Shown piece after piece: positions 27,777 to 42,529 of a stretch of DNA of 64,000 bases (positions are counted from its first letter, which is position 1; every line of letters begins with the position of its first letter). The stretch lies in NCBI RefSeq assembly GCF_009914755.1, contig NC_060933.1. The stretch is one strand, 5' to 3'. The notes below the pieces were generated by a model. That model searched no databases. It saw only the letters and a program-made list of their open reading frames with translations, and was not told the origin of the DNA. The position numbers and the translations under genes were made by a program. Source of the stretch: the human T2T-CHM13v2.0 reference genome, Homo sapiens.

Positions 27777-30749
27777 CTGTAAGCCAAGGTGAGGACACAA
27801 AAGAAAACACAAGAAGTAGAAGGTGTAAGTGATTTCAGGGAAATCATTTGACCTGTTTTATAAATCTGAAATTGCATGAACGTGAGCTCTTTCTTAGGGC
27901 TTTGGGGAATGCCACGGGCTTCCTGAGACAAACATAAGGACACTCCAAATGGCACACACAAGTTGCATAGTCTGGTTTCCTGGGTGGGTGAGTTGAGGGT
28001 GGGGGAACCCCCCCAAACTATATGAGAAGGTATTAAGAAACAAGCCTTCTTAGATATAACATGGATCCAACACAGAGAGGCTATTTACAGCCGTACATTA
28101 TCTCTATATTGTAATGAAATAACCATCAGGTTTATTTAAAAAACAGTTTTGATTGGTGCTCTGAGTTGTTGTTCTCATTTAAGAAGATCTGGGGTGGACA
28201 GATAAATCTGTAACATCCCTATGTTTAAACAGCTAAGCTACCAATGAACAGCTTCTGATCTGAAACAACCTTATACACTAAAAAGAATAAAATAACTCTT
28301 CCTTTCTGTGACACTAAATAATTATCCAAGCTATATTTAAGGGAAGTCACGAGAGGATTAAACCTTACATAAAACCTTCCAAGTTCAAGTCTTGGAGCCT
28401 GGCTTCAGGCTGCAGAGGTCATTGCCCCCCTGCTGAGGGCGAGACTCGGCACTGGGTGTGAGTTTTACGCAACAGGAATCCAGAATGTTCAATACTGGCA
28501 CTTCAGATTTTATTTTCAGAGCTTAAAAGACAACACGTTGTATAGTGACCGGGAATAAAGGTGTTTGCAGAACAAAGGTAATGCCAGGTATGGGAGGGGC
28601 CCTGGAATAAGTGTGGAAATGCACAGCAACCGCTTTCTCAGTACTGCAGAGGAGTACATGCTCAGCCCGCCACACACCACCTAGGCTAGATGTGCTCTTT
28701 TTCCTCTTTTGCTGAAAATTAAGGAATCTGTTCATGAAGTGAGACAAAAACCTTTAACATGCCTTCTATAGTGGGCCCCATATGGAACCTTAAAAGTAAT
28801 TAATTTTTAGGCCATAGTTTAAAGGTCAGGGTCAAAGTGAAAAAAAGCAAAATGAAGATATAAGAAATAATTAAAATAACCAAATGTACAAAGTGAAACA
28901 GAAAAGACATAGTTAACATATTTCATCCTACGAATCACACTCAAATTTTTGAACAAAATGTGAGAAAACTTAGTAAGCCAAAAGCAGCAGCAGATAAAAG
29001 AAACAGTTCAATTAACCTCCCCCCAAAATAAAACACACACACACCCCAAACACAGTCTGACAGCAAATTTAAAATTAAAAAAACAAATACAAACAAAATC
29101 CTACTGATTAGGTCTGCTACACGCTCCATACATTTATATTTTATTTTATGAATAAATAAATCCCAAATACCAGCTAGACAAAGGCAGAAGAAGAATGTGT
29201 GCAGACAGACTACAGTCGAGGCTCCTCTGCTGCCTCCAGGGGAGACAATGCAGAGATGGCTGCTGTACCCTGGTCAGTACGTGTGGTCTTTGGTAAAGAT
29301 GAACCATTGGTATTTTTTACTAATCGAACGCTGGAATTTGTCATTAGACCTATTTCAGGAACACCATATTTCAATTAGGCATAATGTCGTAAGTCCAGCT
29401 GACTCTGGACGTTCAGGTCTAGATGATTTCAGGAGGGTGAGAATGTATCAGGAGACCAATTTTATTACATTTCAGTTAAAATAGATTACGACTACCCAGT
29501 TACACTCTTGCCTCCAATTTGGTCATTAATTGTTAAAGATCTGGACATTTCTATAGTTCCCTGAAAGAAGTACTGAAGCCATGGTTGTCGGGTGTGTGTG
29601 TGTGCATGTGTGTGTTCCCCTTCTTCTTCTTATTTTGACATTTATAAAAGTCAAAATGAGCCGAGCAGAATAAACATGCATATCTCTTATGTGAAAATAA
29701 ACCGTGCTCCACATTCTTTTCTCAGAAAGAATGGGGAAAAATATCATCACCAGAGACATGGTTTTAAAATTTTGTTCTATGCCCCTGCAACTCTTGAAGC
29801 TGTAGTCAGTCAATACTGTTAATGTACCTTGTTAATTTGATAGGATTTGTCAGGTAACTCCACTGGAAAATTATATAAAACTGTTCCAGATGAAAAGATG
29901 ATAGTGACATGAATTAAAGTGATAGAACAATAGTGGAATATAAACCAGAAATGACACCCAAAGTGGCTGTTGATTTATTGCCGTACTGAGTTTGGTTCTG
30001 GGCTCCCATGTATATTAGTGCTACAAATCTGGGTCCATTTAGCAGAGGGATGCTCATACATACATCACCAGCTCCTGCTCCAAGCCAAGGTCACTCCCCA
30101 TTGCATCAATCTTTTCAACAGAGCCTACTTCACAAAGCAGGACTTTTGTAACCATCTCAGATGTAACAGACTCTCGTCCTCTTTCATCTTTCTTTTATCA
30201 TGTAAAGTACACTTTAACTTCTATTATTTTTATCTGCAAATTGTTACCGTATAGTTCATCCATTACCAGCAGTATCTCTGCATCAATTGCCTAAGCTCTG
30301 CACAGCCACAGAACACTTTCCCAATGACGCCCTTTCCTGGGGTTATTGTGCAGTTACTGTTCACAGAGGGGCACCCCAAGACCGGGGCTTGGGGATGAAG
30401 ATGTAGGAGATGAATGCAATAGGCTCAAGATGGGCAGACAGGTGGGATATCATTTAGACGGTGTGTTCCAAAAAAGTTGCATGTGAATCAGATTTTTTTT
30501 TTCTGAATCGAATCACATTTTCCCACTGACTTCTAGTTCCAGAGCTACTTTATCTTCATTTTAGATTGATCTGTAATTGGCAGGGGCTCCCAACACTTTA
30601 GTTTTAAGTTTCTCTGCCCTGTAGGCTTTCAGTCAAGTAGTTAATGATCTGTAAAACACTTGCCTGCCTAGAGGAGTCACTATTTAAAGAAACCTGTAGG
30701 GGAATCTTTCCTGATGGGAAAAATCCTTTTGTACATTAAATAATCTTAC

Positions 30750-30904
30750 CCTCTTAACACTTGTGTGAGTCTCAGCTTCTTAAGGCAGCGCAGGCAGCAC
30801 CGCAGCACCCTATCTGCTCCTGCCGCCATGTGTCAGCACTCGGCCTGAGGCAGTCCACGGGAGCAGCCCTCTTCCTGAGCACCCCCGGGAAGAGTGCACA
30901 CCTA
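30750..30904 (-). other. Candidate PTC-containing (poison) cassette exon
   Basis: Acceptor cctcctttctcttttctgcag|TAG (NAGNAG), donor GAGG|gtaaga; in-frame TAG at 30810-30812. Confidence 0.35.
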
Positions 30905-31569
30905 CTGCAGAAAAGAGAAAGGAGGCCCAGAATCCAGCCTGGAGGCAAACAGAGGCCTCTCTGTCCTTGGCTTCGGAGCCCTCGGTAGTCTTCTTGGTTA
31001 CAAGGAGGAGTTGGCTTGGTGGAGGAGAGATCAGTGAGGAAGCAGGTGCCACAGCCCAGGCCAGGGGCAGGGACAGTCGCGGCTGGGGTGCAGTGGGGAT
31101 GAGCATATTAAAGACAAAAGAGTTAGGAGTAGGCAGATGGCTGCACACAGGGTGTGAGGGAGAAGGGAGTCAGAGAGGTTCCTGGGGCATCGCCGCAGTG
31201 ATGAGGGGTGGGGGAAGAGGTTGTGGAAGCCAGGCTAGTGGGGTTGCAAGTGCGGAGGTTGAGTAGTACCCCACTTGTCACTGCCACTTCTCTATGCTAA
31301 GGGGAGTGAGTGGGTTGTGGGCAGAAGCAGCACTGTCTCCCTGTGAGCAGAGCACCAGGAGAAGAGGGCTGCTGCACACACGGTCCCTGTAGCTCAGACT
31401 CCTTAAGGCAAAGGCCTAGGCCAAGAGCAAAGGTGCAACCCTGGTAGGCTCACTGCCGTTTCTGCTTCGGCAGGCTCGGGCACCAGCGATCATTCAGTAC
31501 AATTTTCTCCTTAGGCCCAACAGGCATGACGCCAGTTATAGACACCATTCACTGAGCACCTCCAGTATT

Positions 31570-31828
31570 AACATAACAGCTAACATTAACTGCCATCAAC
31601 AATGTGCCAGCATGGTTAGAAATCCACTGTGTGCATGGACTCAGATCTCTTAATAACCTCATGAAGTTGGCTAGTATGTTCATCCTATTCTACTGACGAG
31701 GAAACAGAAACACAGTGAGGTCAAGTAACTTGCCCAAGATCACCCAGCTCAGAAGTGGCAAAGCTGCAATTTGAACTCAGGAAGTCTGGTTCCAGAATGT
31801 GTCCCCTCAGCCACTACACTATTCTGCA
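31570..31828 (-). mobile_element. Near full-length MIR
   Basis: gaggaaacagaaacacagtgaggtcaagtaacttgcccaagatcacccagct...tttgaactcagg. Confidence 0.8.
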
Positions 31829-32239
31829 AGAACTGTGCTAAATGTTTCATATAACATATCCCAGGAGAGGGGAAGGTGCTTGCCTAGGTCAGGGAGCATC
31901 TAAGTGGAACAGCCACTGTTCAAACCCAGAGCTGCCTGGGTCTCAAGTCCCTGTTCTTTCTGCTGCTCTGCACAGCCTCAGCCGTGTCAGAAGATGTATT
32001 AATAATAAGGAGCTCTGCCCAAGCAGTCCTCCATCTCCTCTCTCAATTTTCACCAAGGAACAAATAAATGTTCACAAATGCCAATAAATGCACACATCTA
32101 TTTTTTGTTCATACATGGCAAATTGGAGCATGAAATCCGATCAATATTCTTTCTGACCACCGAGCATAGTTTTGATTTCCTCGGCTAAAGTTTTTGCGTA
32201 AAGTCATTTAAGGAATGGCAGAGGCACTCCTTACAGTGT

Positions 32240-32590
32240 CACGTATGCACTGTTTTAAGTAATTCAAATTATAAATGTATTTCCAAGGAAATAAGAGAAA
32301 CTGGCTTTTGTTACATTGACATTTCTCCAACTTAAGTGGCCAGTAATAGAGGAATAGTTGATCCAACAATGATGAAATACAAGATAACCACGAAAAGTTT
32401 TGACTAGAAAAATCCTTATAACACAATAGTAAGTGAAAAGGACAGGAAAACCATTTATAAAAAAAGATGTCAAAAGGACGTGCTCCAAAAACTGGTGCCA
32501 GTGGCCAACTCTGGTTAGTAGAATTATATCCTTTCCTTTTCTGTATTTTTTCCAAGATAAACATTTCACGAAAAATAAAAACAAACATCA
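32240..32590 (+). mobile_element. L1ME-type 3' fragment
   Basis: atccaacaatgatgaaatacaagataacc...tagtaagtgaaaag. Confidence 0.45.
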
Positions 32591-33339
32591 CTTTGAAAGC
32601 TGACACTTTTTGATTTCCACTTCAGAATTCAGTATCCTTTCTCGACTGTTAAAATGTGGGGAAGGATAAGTATGCTGAAGTCTTGATAATGGTGAAGTGA
32701 TCCTCAGTGAAAGAATGCTTCCTTCTAGCAGTTCTTCAGCAGAACTTTTTTTTTTTTTTTTTTAGCAGAATTTCTTTAACAGAACTTCTAGCAGTTCTAG
32801 TGGTATGCCAGGGGTTGCGCTGCTGGGAAGGGCTCATGAGCTACACTACACCCAACCTGGTGCCCCTCTCAAAACTGGAGCCCGGCAGGCTTCTTTCCAG
32901 CTCAGGCAGGTGGGGAAGAAAAGAGCACGGGGGCTGGCCGGGAGCAGCCAGGGTCAGCCCCTTCTCTTGGAAACAAGGGAGGCAGTTTGTCTCCCTTACC
33001 AGCTCCCTCCCCTAACCACTTATCCACAGCCATCCGTCATGACCTTTTCATGCTCCCACTTCTGACAGCTTCCAGATACAGTGAGTCAAACTTCACTGGA
33101 AGCAAACTATCACACCAACTGTCAAAGGCAGAAAACATTGCCTGATTGCTGTCCTACATCAACGCCAGCATATAAATCCTTCCTTAACAAGACAGCTCAA
33201 AATAAACAAAAACGCAACTCTAATGTGTATACAGCTCTCTGGGGAAACTATTTGTGCAAGCCTTTAGAGTTATCACAAGGAGACCCTTGTCTGCTTTAGC
33301 TAACCAAGATTTCCATAAAAGGAAATTAGCACCGCGTAG

Positions 33340-33710
33340 CATCTTCTTCTAACACAGACTGAGCGCCCACTCTGGGTAGCCCCCACACTAGGTCCTTTTG
33401 TGTACAGAGGCTTATTGAGAGCTTAGAACACCTCTAATCAGGAAGGCACTATTAGCCTATCTTACATTTAAAGAGGGGGCTTAGGGGTAGGAAATCTGGA
33501 GTCAGAAAGTCCTCTGTTCAAATGTCAGCCTTCCTACTTCCTAACTACGTGACTTGGGAAAAACTTCTATAAAACGGAGATGATAATAATACACATAATA
33601 ATAGATACCTCAAGTGCTTGTTGTGAGGATTAGGTGAAATAAGGCATGACAAGGGCTTGGAATTGTGCCTGATACATAGCTAGCGATGAATATTACTCCT
33701 TCTAATGATT
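33340..33710. mobile_element. Two MIR fragments (minus then plus)
   Basis: ctggagtcagaaagtcctctgttcaaatgtcagc...ttgttgtgaggattaggtgaaataa. Confidence 0.6.
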
Positions 33711-36700
33711 ATTATCAGAAGTCAGGCACTGGGTTAAGGATGTGACATAGACTCAGTGATGAGGGTCGAGTCTGGGGAGCTCAGGGAGCCACGAGAAGGA
33801 GGTGAATAAAGGACCTGCCTGGCTCTGGAATTGGAGGGCGAGAAGAATTCTCCCTGGGACCTTCTCTACATCCCAGTCTTGGGAGCACCAGGATCCAGTT
33901 TGGGAGACAATGCCTTCATCCCCACAAATCCCCCCAGTAACCTCCCACCACCAAGTGTCACTGGGCATATCTCCTCCTCACAACCTCCAAGAGTTCAATT
34001 CAAATCAGGAAGAATGTTCTCAGATCTGGAATGTGGAAACTTTTGTGCTAGGGAATCCTCATCCTACTGGGTCTCCAGGCCACAAATTTGGAGGCCCTGA
34101 TTATGCTGGCACATCCCCACTGGTGTTATCCTGGGCAAAGTCACTGCTCCCTTGGTGAGCCTGATCATTCTCCTCTGTAAAATGTACTAGCCTATGGTGA
34201 ATCAAATTAGTAAACTGGAGAGCTTGGGTTCAAGTCCAGGTCTAGCTGCCTGGTGAGTTCTGACTTGCCAGCTGTTTCCTATTGTCCCAGAGGAGACTGC
34301 TTGACTCTTGGGAGGTACAACCTCCCCTATGGTACTCTTAAAATACCCCCTTAAAAAAGCTAAAACACCACTTTGGCAAAAATTAAGGCATTTAACAATT
34401 CATGTCTTAGTGTATTTCCTGTTATCATTTGCTCAGATATCATAAGCTGTGGTTCATTCATCAATTTCCTACAGCTTTGAATCTAAGGCTACAAAAGTCC
34501 CACTGCTGTTAAATCCTGGAGCAGCTTTTTACACAATTCTACAATCCTCTTGTCTTCAGGTTACCGAGAGCCTATGAAAGCCTGGAAAAGCCCCCAAGGG
34601 AGTGCCACTGAACAACTCTTCGCCAGAGTGGATTTTGCTGAATATATACAGCCAATCGATAGCATCCACAGAGCAGTCAGGGAAGTCTTTGAAACTTGTC
34701 TGAATTTACACACAAGATCAGACACACAGGCTGTTTGGGCTTAATGAGACCTTAGAGATCACCTAGTCTGGGGTTTTCATTCTCCATATGAAAAAATTGA
34801 GGCTCAGGGCTGGGACATGACTTGTCTGATGTCACCCATTAATGACAGAGCTGTAACCATAATTCATATCCCCATACTACCAGGCCAGGGCTTAAACAGA
34901 CCAGCTCACCTGCCATGCAGGAGTACTGCATATTCACACTGATCAAATGCATTACAATAAAAAAGCGCTGTCTCCAGCAATTTAAGGCACCCAAAATAGA
35001 TGACAAAACCATATTTCAGGTCACAACTAAAATGAAACCCAGTAGAGCCTTACTTTCTTGAGATCAAGTGGAGTTCTAGGCCCCAGGATCACTGGTTTCA
35101 TTCAAAGGACTAACCATTCTGAAACGGTTTGGGAACCACAGCTAAAAGCTGCCAATTCCAATATGTGGTCAGTAAGAGACTCAATGACAAGTCCGAGTGT
35201 ACCTGACTAGACTGTTAGGCTTGGCACGCAAAACAAGGAGTGGCCTGGACACGAACGAACGCAGAGCAGCAGTCAGCACAGGACACAGCACCAGGGCAGA
35301 GCTTATGAAATCAGACCTGGGACTGTTTAATCCCAGAAAGACTTGTCTTTGAATGAGTGCTAAGTTCTCTCTGCAGAGAAGGCATTTACAAAGATTCTGC
35401 ACTAGGACAGCTAGATCACCAAACTACTCTCTCAGTAAATGGATACCTCAGGTGAGCCTATGATGTCAGCTAGGAAGCAGCAGGCCCTAAGAGAATTTAC
35501 AGTATCACTTGTAGAGTGGGGAAAACCTGATCTTCCCCATGTTCAGGCCCTGTTGGAGCTCAGGTGCCAAAGATGAGGAAGTGATTAAAGGAGCACAGAA
35601 CTCTGGATGAACGCTCATGAATCCGACTCCCATTAATTCCATCATGCCAGTGCTTCTCAACTTCTTCCAATTCTCAATTCTTTCTCAGCCACCTGAGGAA
35701 CCTGACACATTGTCATTAATAACCCTGGGTTACTCCATAGGAATTCTCAAAAGGGTGGCTCTGGGAGCAGGGAGCCAGAGGAAGCTAGGCCTTAAGAAAA
35801 AGCCCACAGTGTTTCCAATATTACCAGTTAGGTGATTTTTCCCTAAGCCAATCACTGCATTTAGTGCAAAAGTGGTAACGGAGTTTTCTGGAGGCAGTCT
35901 TGATAGCATGCATCCTCTGCCTCATCAGTTCATTAGTATAAGTCAATTCCAAAGTTTGGTTCAGGAAATGCTGTCACAATAGGGACTGAACAATCATTTA
36001 ATATCAGAATTGCCAACTTCAAATTACTGAACGGACCCAGGGATTTGAGTTAAATGTGACGCACGCCTCCTCCTGATTGTGTCTTGGAATGGAGAGGGGC
36101 ACCTCCTTAGTGTTCAACGGCAAAGTGAAATGGAAACATGGAAGATCAATCCACTTCCTAAGAACACGCATGTTCAGATTATGTGATTACTTGAACTGTA
36201 CTCCACAGGTACCCCACTGGAAACTAACAAGGGAAAATGTTTTATTCATGTGGCCACCCAGAACCATGTTTAGCCTGAGAGTGTGCCTGAGGAGTGAGGC
36301 AGTCCAGGCCACCGCTGCTGCTTTCACTCACTATTGTGCTGTTACCGTGTTTCTTAAGTTTGCATGTTGTATACTTAAAAATAACACCATAATAAAGTCT
36401 TCCTTTGAGTGCCGGCCTGTGGTTATTGACTAGTGGGTTAAATAATAACTGCGGTAGGAAAGACAAGGCAGGGAAGACAAGAAATGGCAAATATGCTGCC
36501 TGTCATCATGCTCAGGCCCAGGGCAGACATTTCTAATCAATCACAGAGTTTCTTTATGTTGCCCTCAGACACAGCTGGAGATGCTGCCTCAGCATAATGC
36601 TCTGGGCAGCCGTTATAAACTTGACTGGAGCCAGCTGATGAGACGAAACCTTTTTGCCTTCTCTAGGACATGTGGTATTGTACTTGATATTTTCATAAAG

Positions 36701-37984
36701 AACTACCATAATCACAAGTCTTATGATTATACATACTGGACAGTTTTATGAAAAGATAATGGAAGTAACCATGGAACCTTTTGGTAGAAGTCATTTTCTA
36801 TCATTTATCTATAAATCCTATACAGACTCTGTATATCTTATACAGAATTATTTTATTAGGTTATAGATGCGATGCTGATAGGATGGAATTCATGGTATCT
36901 TACGTGTTCAGTAACAGATCCCTTCGGTGACATGGGAACGGTCTACACTGATAAATGAGGCAAACAAACCAAGTGAGTACAAGTGGTGCAAATATCAAAC
37001 CACTTCTCAGCGTGAGACTGCATCAGAAAAACCAGGTTGACCTGCCCAGTCAGTAAAAACAAGCTTGGACAAAGAGATAAGGGGTAAGAAAGTCCTTTCA
37101 ATACTGTGAGTTTGTGTCCCCTAAACACCACAATCTAGGGGAGATATTGAGCCAGCAGGCCTGGGATGAGGCCAGGGACTGGGTGACTCTGATATATGTT
37201 CAGGGTCAGACCCACTGCCCCGAGGTGCTCTGCATATAAGAGGTGTTCACTGTGGGGATGTCTTGGCCCTGTCTGCCATGGTTCTTGCATTGGTTTCTGT
37301 GCTTTCCTTTGGCTGGTGCATTGTAATTTAGCTTCTGCCAGCCAGCCAACAAATACTTATTGATAATATACTGTGGGTTTCTTAGATTGTGGCTGCATTC
37401 TCCGCTTGACCCGTTCTGTTTCAATGTTCCCCTAACTTACTTCCCCCTACCAGCCCGTTTGGGTGGCACATATCTCAGTGTGCAACCTCCCTCAAGTGGT
37501 TAGGCACACAGGATCAGGTATATGGAAGACCAAGTTAATGGAAATAACCTCAACTTGGTAGAATCTCAAGTAAAGCTACACTTGAAGGACATCTGTACTT
37601 TTTAGGACTGACAGAGGGAAAGCAGACAAGATGAAATATTCCAAGAATGTTTTAGAGAAATACAGGAATGGTTTGGAATGATGACTTTGGTAAGATTCTG
37701 GGCTGGTAGAGCAGGAATGGCAAAGATATTTCAATTTAAGAATTACCTTCAATTGATGGGTAGGGGTTGCTTATAGGACTGTGTTGGAACAAATTCTGAG
37801 GTTAGGTCCGGGCCCAGAGGGAGGAAGCGCAGTGGCTGATAAACAACATCTAAAATAAAGAGGAGGAGGGTATCACAGTACGTGGACATTCATCTCCAGA
37901 TACTAGGGGCGGGAGAAGAGCAGGAATATGCACAAGTTTAGGAACTGGCCAACTAGAAGTAATCACTTCCGTTGTGCAGTTGAG

Positions 37985-38296
37985 TTATTTTTTCTTTATA
38001 TATATAAATTTAGAGACAGGGTCTTGCTTTGTTACTCAAGCTGGAGTACAATGGCACGATCCTAGCTCAATGCAGCTTTGAACTCCTGGGCTCAAGGGAT
38101 CCTCCTGCCTCAGCCTCCTAAGTAGCTAGGACCACAGGTATGCGCCACCACACCCAGCTAAGGTTTTTAAATGTTTTGTAGAGACAGGGTTTTGTCATGT
38201 TGTCCAGACTGGTCTTGAATTCCTGGCTTCTAGCAATCCTCCCACCTTGGCCTCCCAAAGTGCTGGGATTACAGATCTGAGCCATCCTGCCCAGTC
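37985..38296 (-). mobile_element. AluJ
   Basis: agagacagggtcttgct...ctcctgggctcaagggatcctcc. Confidence 0.92.
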
Positions 38297-38930
38297 TGGG
38301 GGTGAATTATTAATGACACCTGTGGATTGGCACCTGTGGTATGACAGATTGGGTCTGGCGTATGGGACTGAGTTTCTGCCTCAATTCTGCTGGAAGTCTC
38401 CGTATATCTGATGACTGAGGTGTGGGAGAGTTGGTACTAACAGCTAGGTACCTCTCAACACAGTGGTTTACATAAACCACGTTCTTCCAAACTCCTCCAA
38501 GCCTCAGTTTTCCCAGTCATGAAGTGGGAACAACAATATCAATGTGCTGTGTAGATTAGATGAGGTTATCAGGGAGAAAGCTCTTGGTGTATTGTAAGTT
38601 GTCATAGTTCCACAGAGATTTAGCACAATGATTCGCATGTAAGGCAGAGCAGTTAGGCTCAGGACTCAACCTCAGACAGTCTTGGATTCTTATTCCGGCT
38701 TGATTACTTACTAGATTTTTCCTACACCCCAGTTTCATCATATAAAAAATGGTGATAAAATCAGTACTATCTAATAAGAGTGCTTCGATTTCAGGCGCCA
38801 GCGCATGCAAAGAGAACAATTAGCAAAGTGCTTGGCACACAGTAAGCACTTGATAATAACTGCTTTGTAAAAATTCTATTTCTCATTACTATTATTTTAA
38901 AAGACCAGAGCTGTGTCATATGTTTCATTA

Positions 38931-39333
<403 letters not shown>

Positions 39334-40357
39334 TCAGAAACAACTGGAACAGAGGCCACTACCACCCCATCAGAAGACAAGCAACTGGGTGGCACTGCAG
39401 AGCCTGGGGATTCTGATCCTCAGCTGCAGCTCTTACTACCACTAATTCAGCATGGATGAGTGGTTTTCTGTGGAATCAGCAGGGATGCTGGGCAAATGCC
39501 ACACACTTACTTTCCACTTAAAAGATGTTGCCACAGGGGCCAAGTGAAATCTCTGTTCTGATTGACACAGGATGGACAGGTGGAGGTGACCATCCATCAG
39601 TGTCAGGAAGGACCTGAAGCACCTGGCTAGTCAGGTGAAATAAAATAAATTATTTACTCGTCTCAAAATCCAGCTGCTCACTTGAATACTCATACAGGGT
39701 GTGCTGTTTGCCTCCCTACTCTTGGCAGTAGAACGTCTCAGGAAGAAAGAATTTCTGGATTGCTAGGTGTGGGTTTTTGTTGTTGTTAGAATGTGAGGGT
39801 GATATCTGCTTTGTAAGGAGGGAGAGAGGGTCTTCAATTACATACCTGTGTAATCTACGTGGGATGGGAAAATGGGTTTATTTATTCAGTGCATGATATA
39901 ATACTCATGGGCAGTCTGTCTGATTGTCACAAAATTCCTTACGACTAATTAATGAAATTTCTGATTATAATGATAAAGACTGAACTTTGAGGACAGAAAC
40001 AAATGTTCTGACATCATCTCTTTTAGAAGCCCCTCTGAAATGCGACTCTACACCAGAGGGTGCCATGTGTGTCACTGGAAGCATTCCAAGCATTCACAAG
40101 TGACGCCCCAGCCTCCAGTCGCCTCACTTCCAACAACCAGGGAGATACTTGCATGACTGTCATCATTCATGTCTACCTGACAAGTCTCCATTATGGCCAC
40201 AAGTGGAACTTTGCCAGGAGAGCCACCCCCTGATCTAAGTGATCTGGTTTAATACTTTCAAGATGGTGGACCTGGAGAGAGGGCAATAGGCAAAATAAAT
40301 AATAATGACAATGATAATAACACTACGATAAGCTACTGCTTAGAATATGCTTCTATG

Positions 40358-40695
<338 letters not shown>

Positions 40696-41097
40696 TCATA
40701 GAATGTTAAAAGGTAAACATTATTATCCCCATTTCATACATGGTGAAAACTAAGATTGAAAAGGGAAAAGACTTGTCCAGGTGACACTGCAGGTAAGTGG
40801 CAAGGCTGGGATTCAAACTCAGTGCTGACTGACTGCAGAGCTTGGGCTCCTCCCACAAAGCCTTTTGTGGACTTTTTCCTTTGAAATAATTTACATGTCA
40901 GGCTCTAATGAATTAAAGTTTGTCTTTTTTGCCTTTGGAAAAAAGTGGGGAAAGAAGCCCATGATCTTGGTTATCATTCCAAGGCAGCGCTTTTCACACT
41001 GGGGAATGAGCGGGGATGGATTTGCTGATGATGCTCACCTGGGCCCTTGCTTTGACCCTCTGTCTTGACCACAGTTGGGCTACTTATTGGGCTTCTT

Positions 41098-41388
41098 TTT
41101 TTCCTTTGAGACAGAGTCTAACACTGTCGCCCAGGCTGGAGTGTAATGGCGTCATGACAGCTCACTGCAGCCTTGACCTCCCAGACTCAAGCGATCCTCC
41201 CATCGCAGCCTCCTGAGTAGCTGGGACTACAGGCAGGCACCACCACACCTGGCTATTTTTGTATTTTCTGCAGAGATGGAGTCTCACCATGTCGCCCAGG
41301 CTGGTCCTGAACTCCTGAGCTCAAGTGATCTGCCCACCTTTGTCTCCCAAAGTGCTGGGATTACAGACGTGAGCCATGGCACCCAGCC
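41098..41388 (-). mobile_element. AluJ
   Basis: Perfect 17-bp TSD tacttattgggcttctt. Confidence 0.94.
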
Positions 41389-41463
41389 TACTTATTGGGC
41401 TTCTTAAAAGTAGGCCCATTCAGAAAAAGCAGGCCCTTTGCTATTGGGCAAGTACTGCAGCTA

Positions 41464-41983
<520 letters not shown>

Positions 41984-42249
41984 TTACCTGGAATAACCAG
42001 TATCTTTACTTCTTACATAAGATTATTTCCTTGTATTTGTGAATGTCATATAATAGAATCATATAGTATGTACTCTTTTATTTATTTTTGAGAACTGGCT
42101 TCTTTTTGATCAGTCTTATTTCTGAAATACAGTAGGAAAAACATCCCCAGGAGGAACAACACTGAATGACTTTATGATTTAAGAATCAACACTAAATAAG
42201 CAATTTCACCACTTTAGATATTTAAGGTTTTTATGAGGAAGAAGAGCTA

Positions 42250-42443
42250 CAGTTAAGTCCTCACTTATTGTCATTCATAGGTTCTTGGAAACTTCAACTT
42301 TAAGTGAAATGATGTACATAATTTTGTTCAATGTCGTTTTGTTATAATGTTGATAAGGGAAAAAATGAGTTTTGTTATATGTCATTTCACTTAAAGTTAC
42401 AGTTTCCAAGAACCTTTGGATGACATTAGGTGAGGACTTAATG
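42250..42443. mobile_element. Tigger4/MER46-like non-autonomous TcMar element
   Basis: ~65-bp imperfect inverted arms aagtcctcactt...ggttcttggaaac...ctttaagtgaaatga / tcatttcacttaaag...gtttccaagaacc...ggtgaggactt. Confidence 0.85.
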
Positions 42444-42529
42444 CAGAGGGGAAAAAAAGGTGGGGTCTGCTTTGGTTCGAAGTTACTGAGTGCTGTCTCA
42501 TCTGATCAGCCTGCTAGAATCACCATCAT

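Noticed and set aside
34910-35026. 117-nt pseudo-exon (tttcattttag...CAG|gtgagc, minus strand)
   Set aside because: Stop at the fourth codon, short pyrimidine tract, no other support; such site pairs are common by chance in long introns
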